A stretch of 62,837 nucleotides of DNA, filler included, from Choristocarpus tenellus KU-1152 (Eukaryota; Protista; Phaeophyceae): the NCBI GenBank assembly GCA_964200185.2. It is 14 parts of 14 records of this genome, joined end to end, with 100 filler letters (N's around TTAATTAATTAA, not from the genome) between each part and the next. Parts side by side here need not be neighbours in the genome. Positions count along the whole stretch, not along the records: positions 58,617 to 62,837 come from CAXNAD020015616.1; 13 more parts are not named here. One strand, given 5' to 3'. Of the stretch, positions 62,459 to 62,837 are shown in pieces. Both the position numbers and the translations under genes were made by a program. How positions within the stretch are numbered: the first letter of the stretch is position 1; the number at the start of each line of letters is the position of its first letter. Below the pieces are notes generated by a model. That model saw only the letters and a program-made list of their open reading frames with translations. It was not told where the DNA came from and did no database searches.

Positions 62459-62837
62459 TGTAAGCGTATCATCCTCAGTCGTCTGACAGAAGCTGTGAGG
62501 GGTAACCATGAAGTTAGACCCTGTAATCGATTGGTCGAAAATATCCTCTGGAGCTGAGTTGATTCTGAAAAAGAAGCAACAACGGTTGACTTTGCCCCAG
62601 TAGGAGCATCATTGTAGAGGTGCACAGGAGGGATTTGGACTGGGTGTAATGTGTGACTTGTCATCCAGCATTATGAACAAAAGTTTGAACATTTCAGTGT
62701 TCTGTTTTGTACAAAGGAATGCACTCCATATTCACCCAAAAAGTAGCCATTAACATATGAACACTTTCGACGGTAGAGGTAGGAGACTAGAACATGTTGT
62801 TTTGCTCAAGGTATCTGGGGGGGGGGTGACGGCTTTC

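Overview
This is eukaryotic, intron-containing, repeat-rich nuclear DNA. It is most consistent with a stramenopile such as a brown alga, which is an inference from gene and transposable element (TE) style. The window is not one locus: it is 14 unrelated short contigs joined by artificial 100-bp linkers (N44-TTAATTAATTAA-N44), so adjacency across linkers means nothing and most ORF-track entries are noise. Spliced exons of real genes can be rebuilt for a YbaK/ProX-type tRNA-editing protein (4 exons), an ABCC/MRP transporter (3 exons), uracil phosphoribosyltransferase (2 exons), a PAP-associated-domain nucleotidyltransferase (last exon), and two less certain genes. TEs include three decayed Ty1/copia elements, a Ty3/gypsy pol remnant, a solo LTR whose empty-site paralogue is also in the window, a full-length plant-type (Stowaway-TIR) mariner, and a Sola2-type transposase relic. 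The dominant signal is about 24 copies of three short non-autonomous TIR elements (families A, B, D) that share GAG(T/C)(C/G)AAA termini. Families A and B also share a subterminal GTCCATTTGG motif, and two copies have clean 4-bp target-site duplications (TSDs), matching Sola2 expectations. Two family A copies sit exactly at deletion breakpoints inside older retrotransposons. No CRISPR array, rRNA or intact novel protein system is supported.
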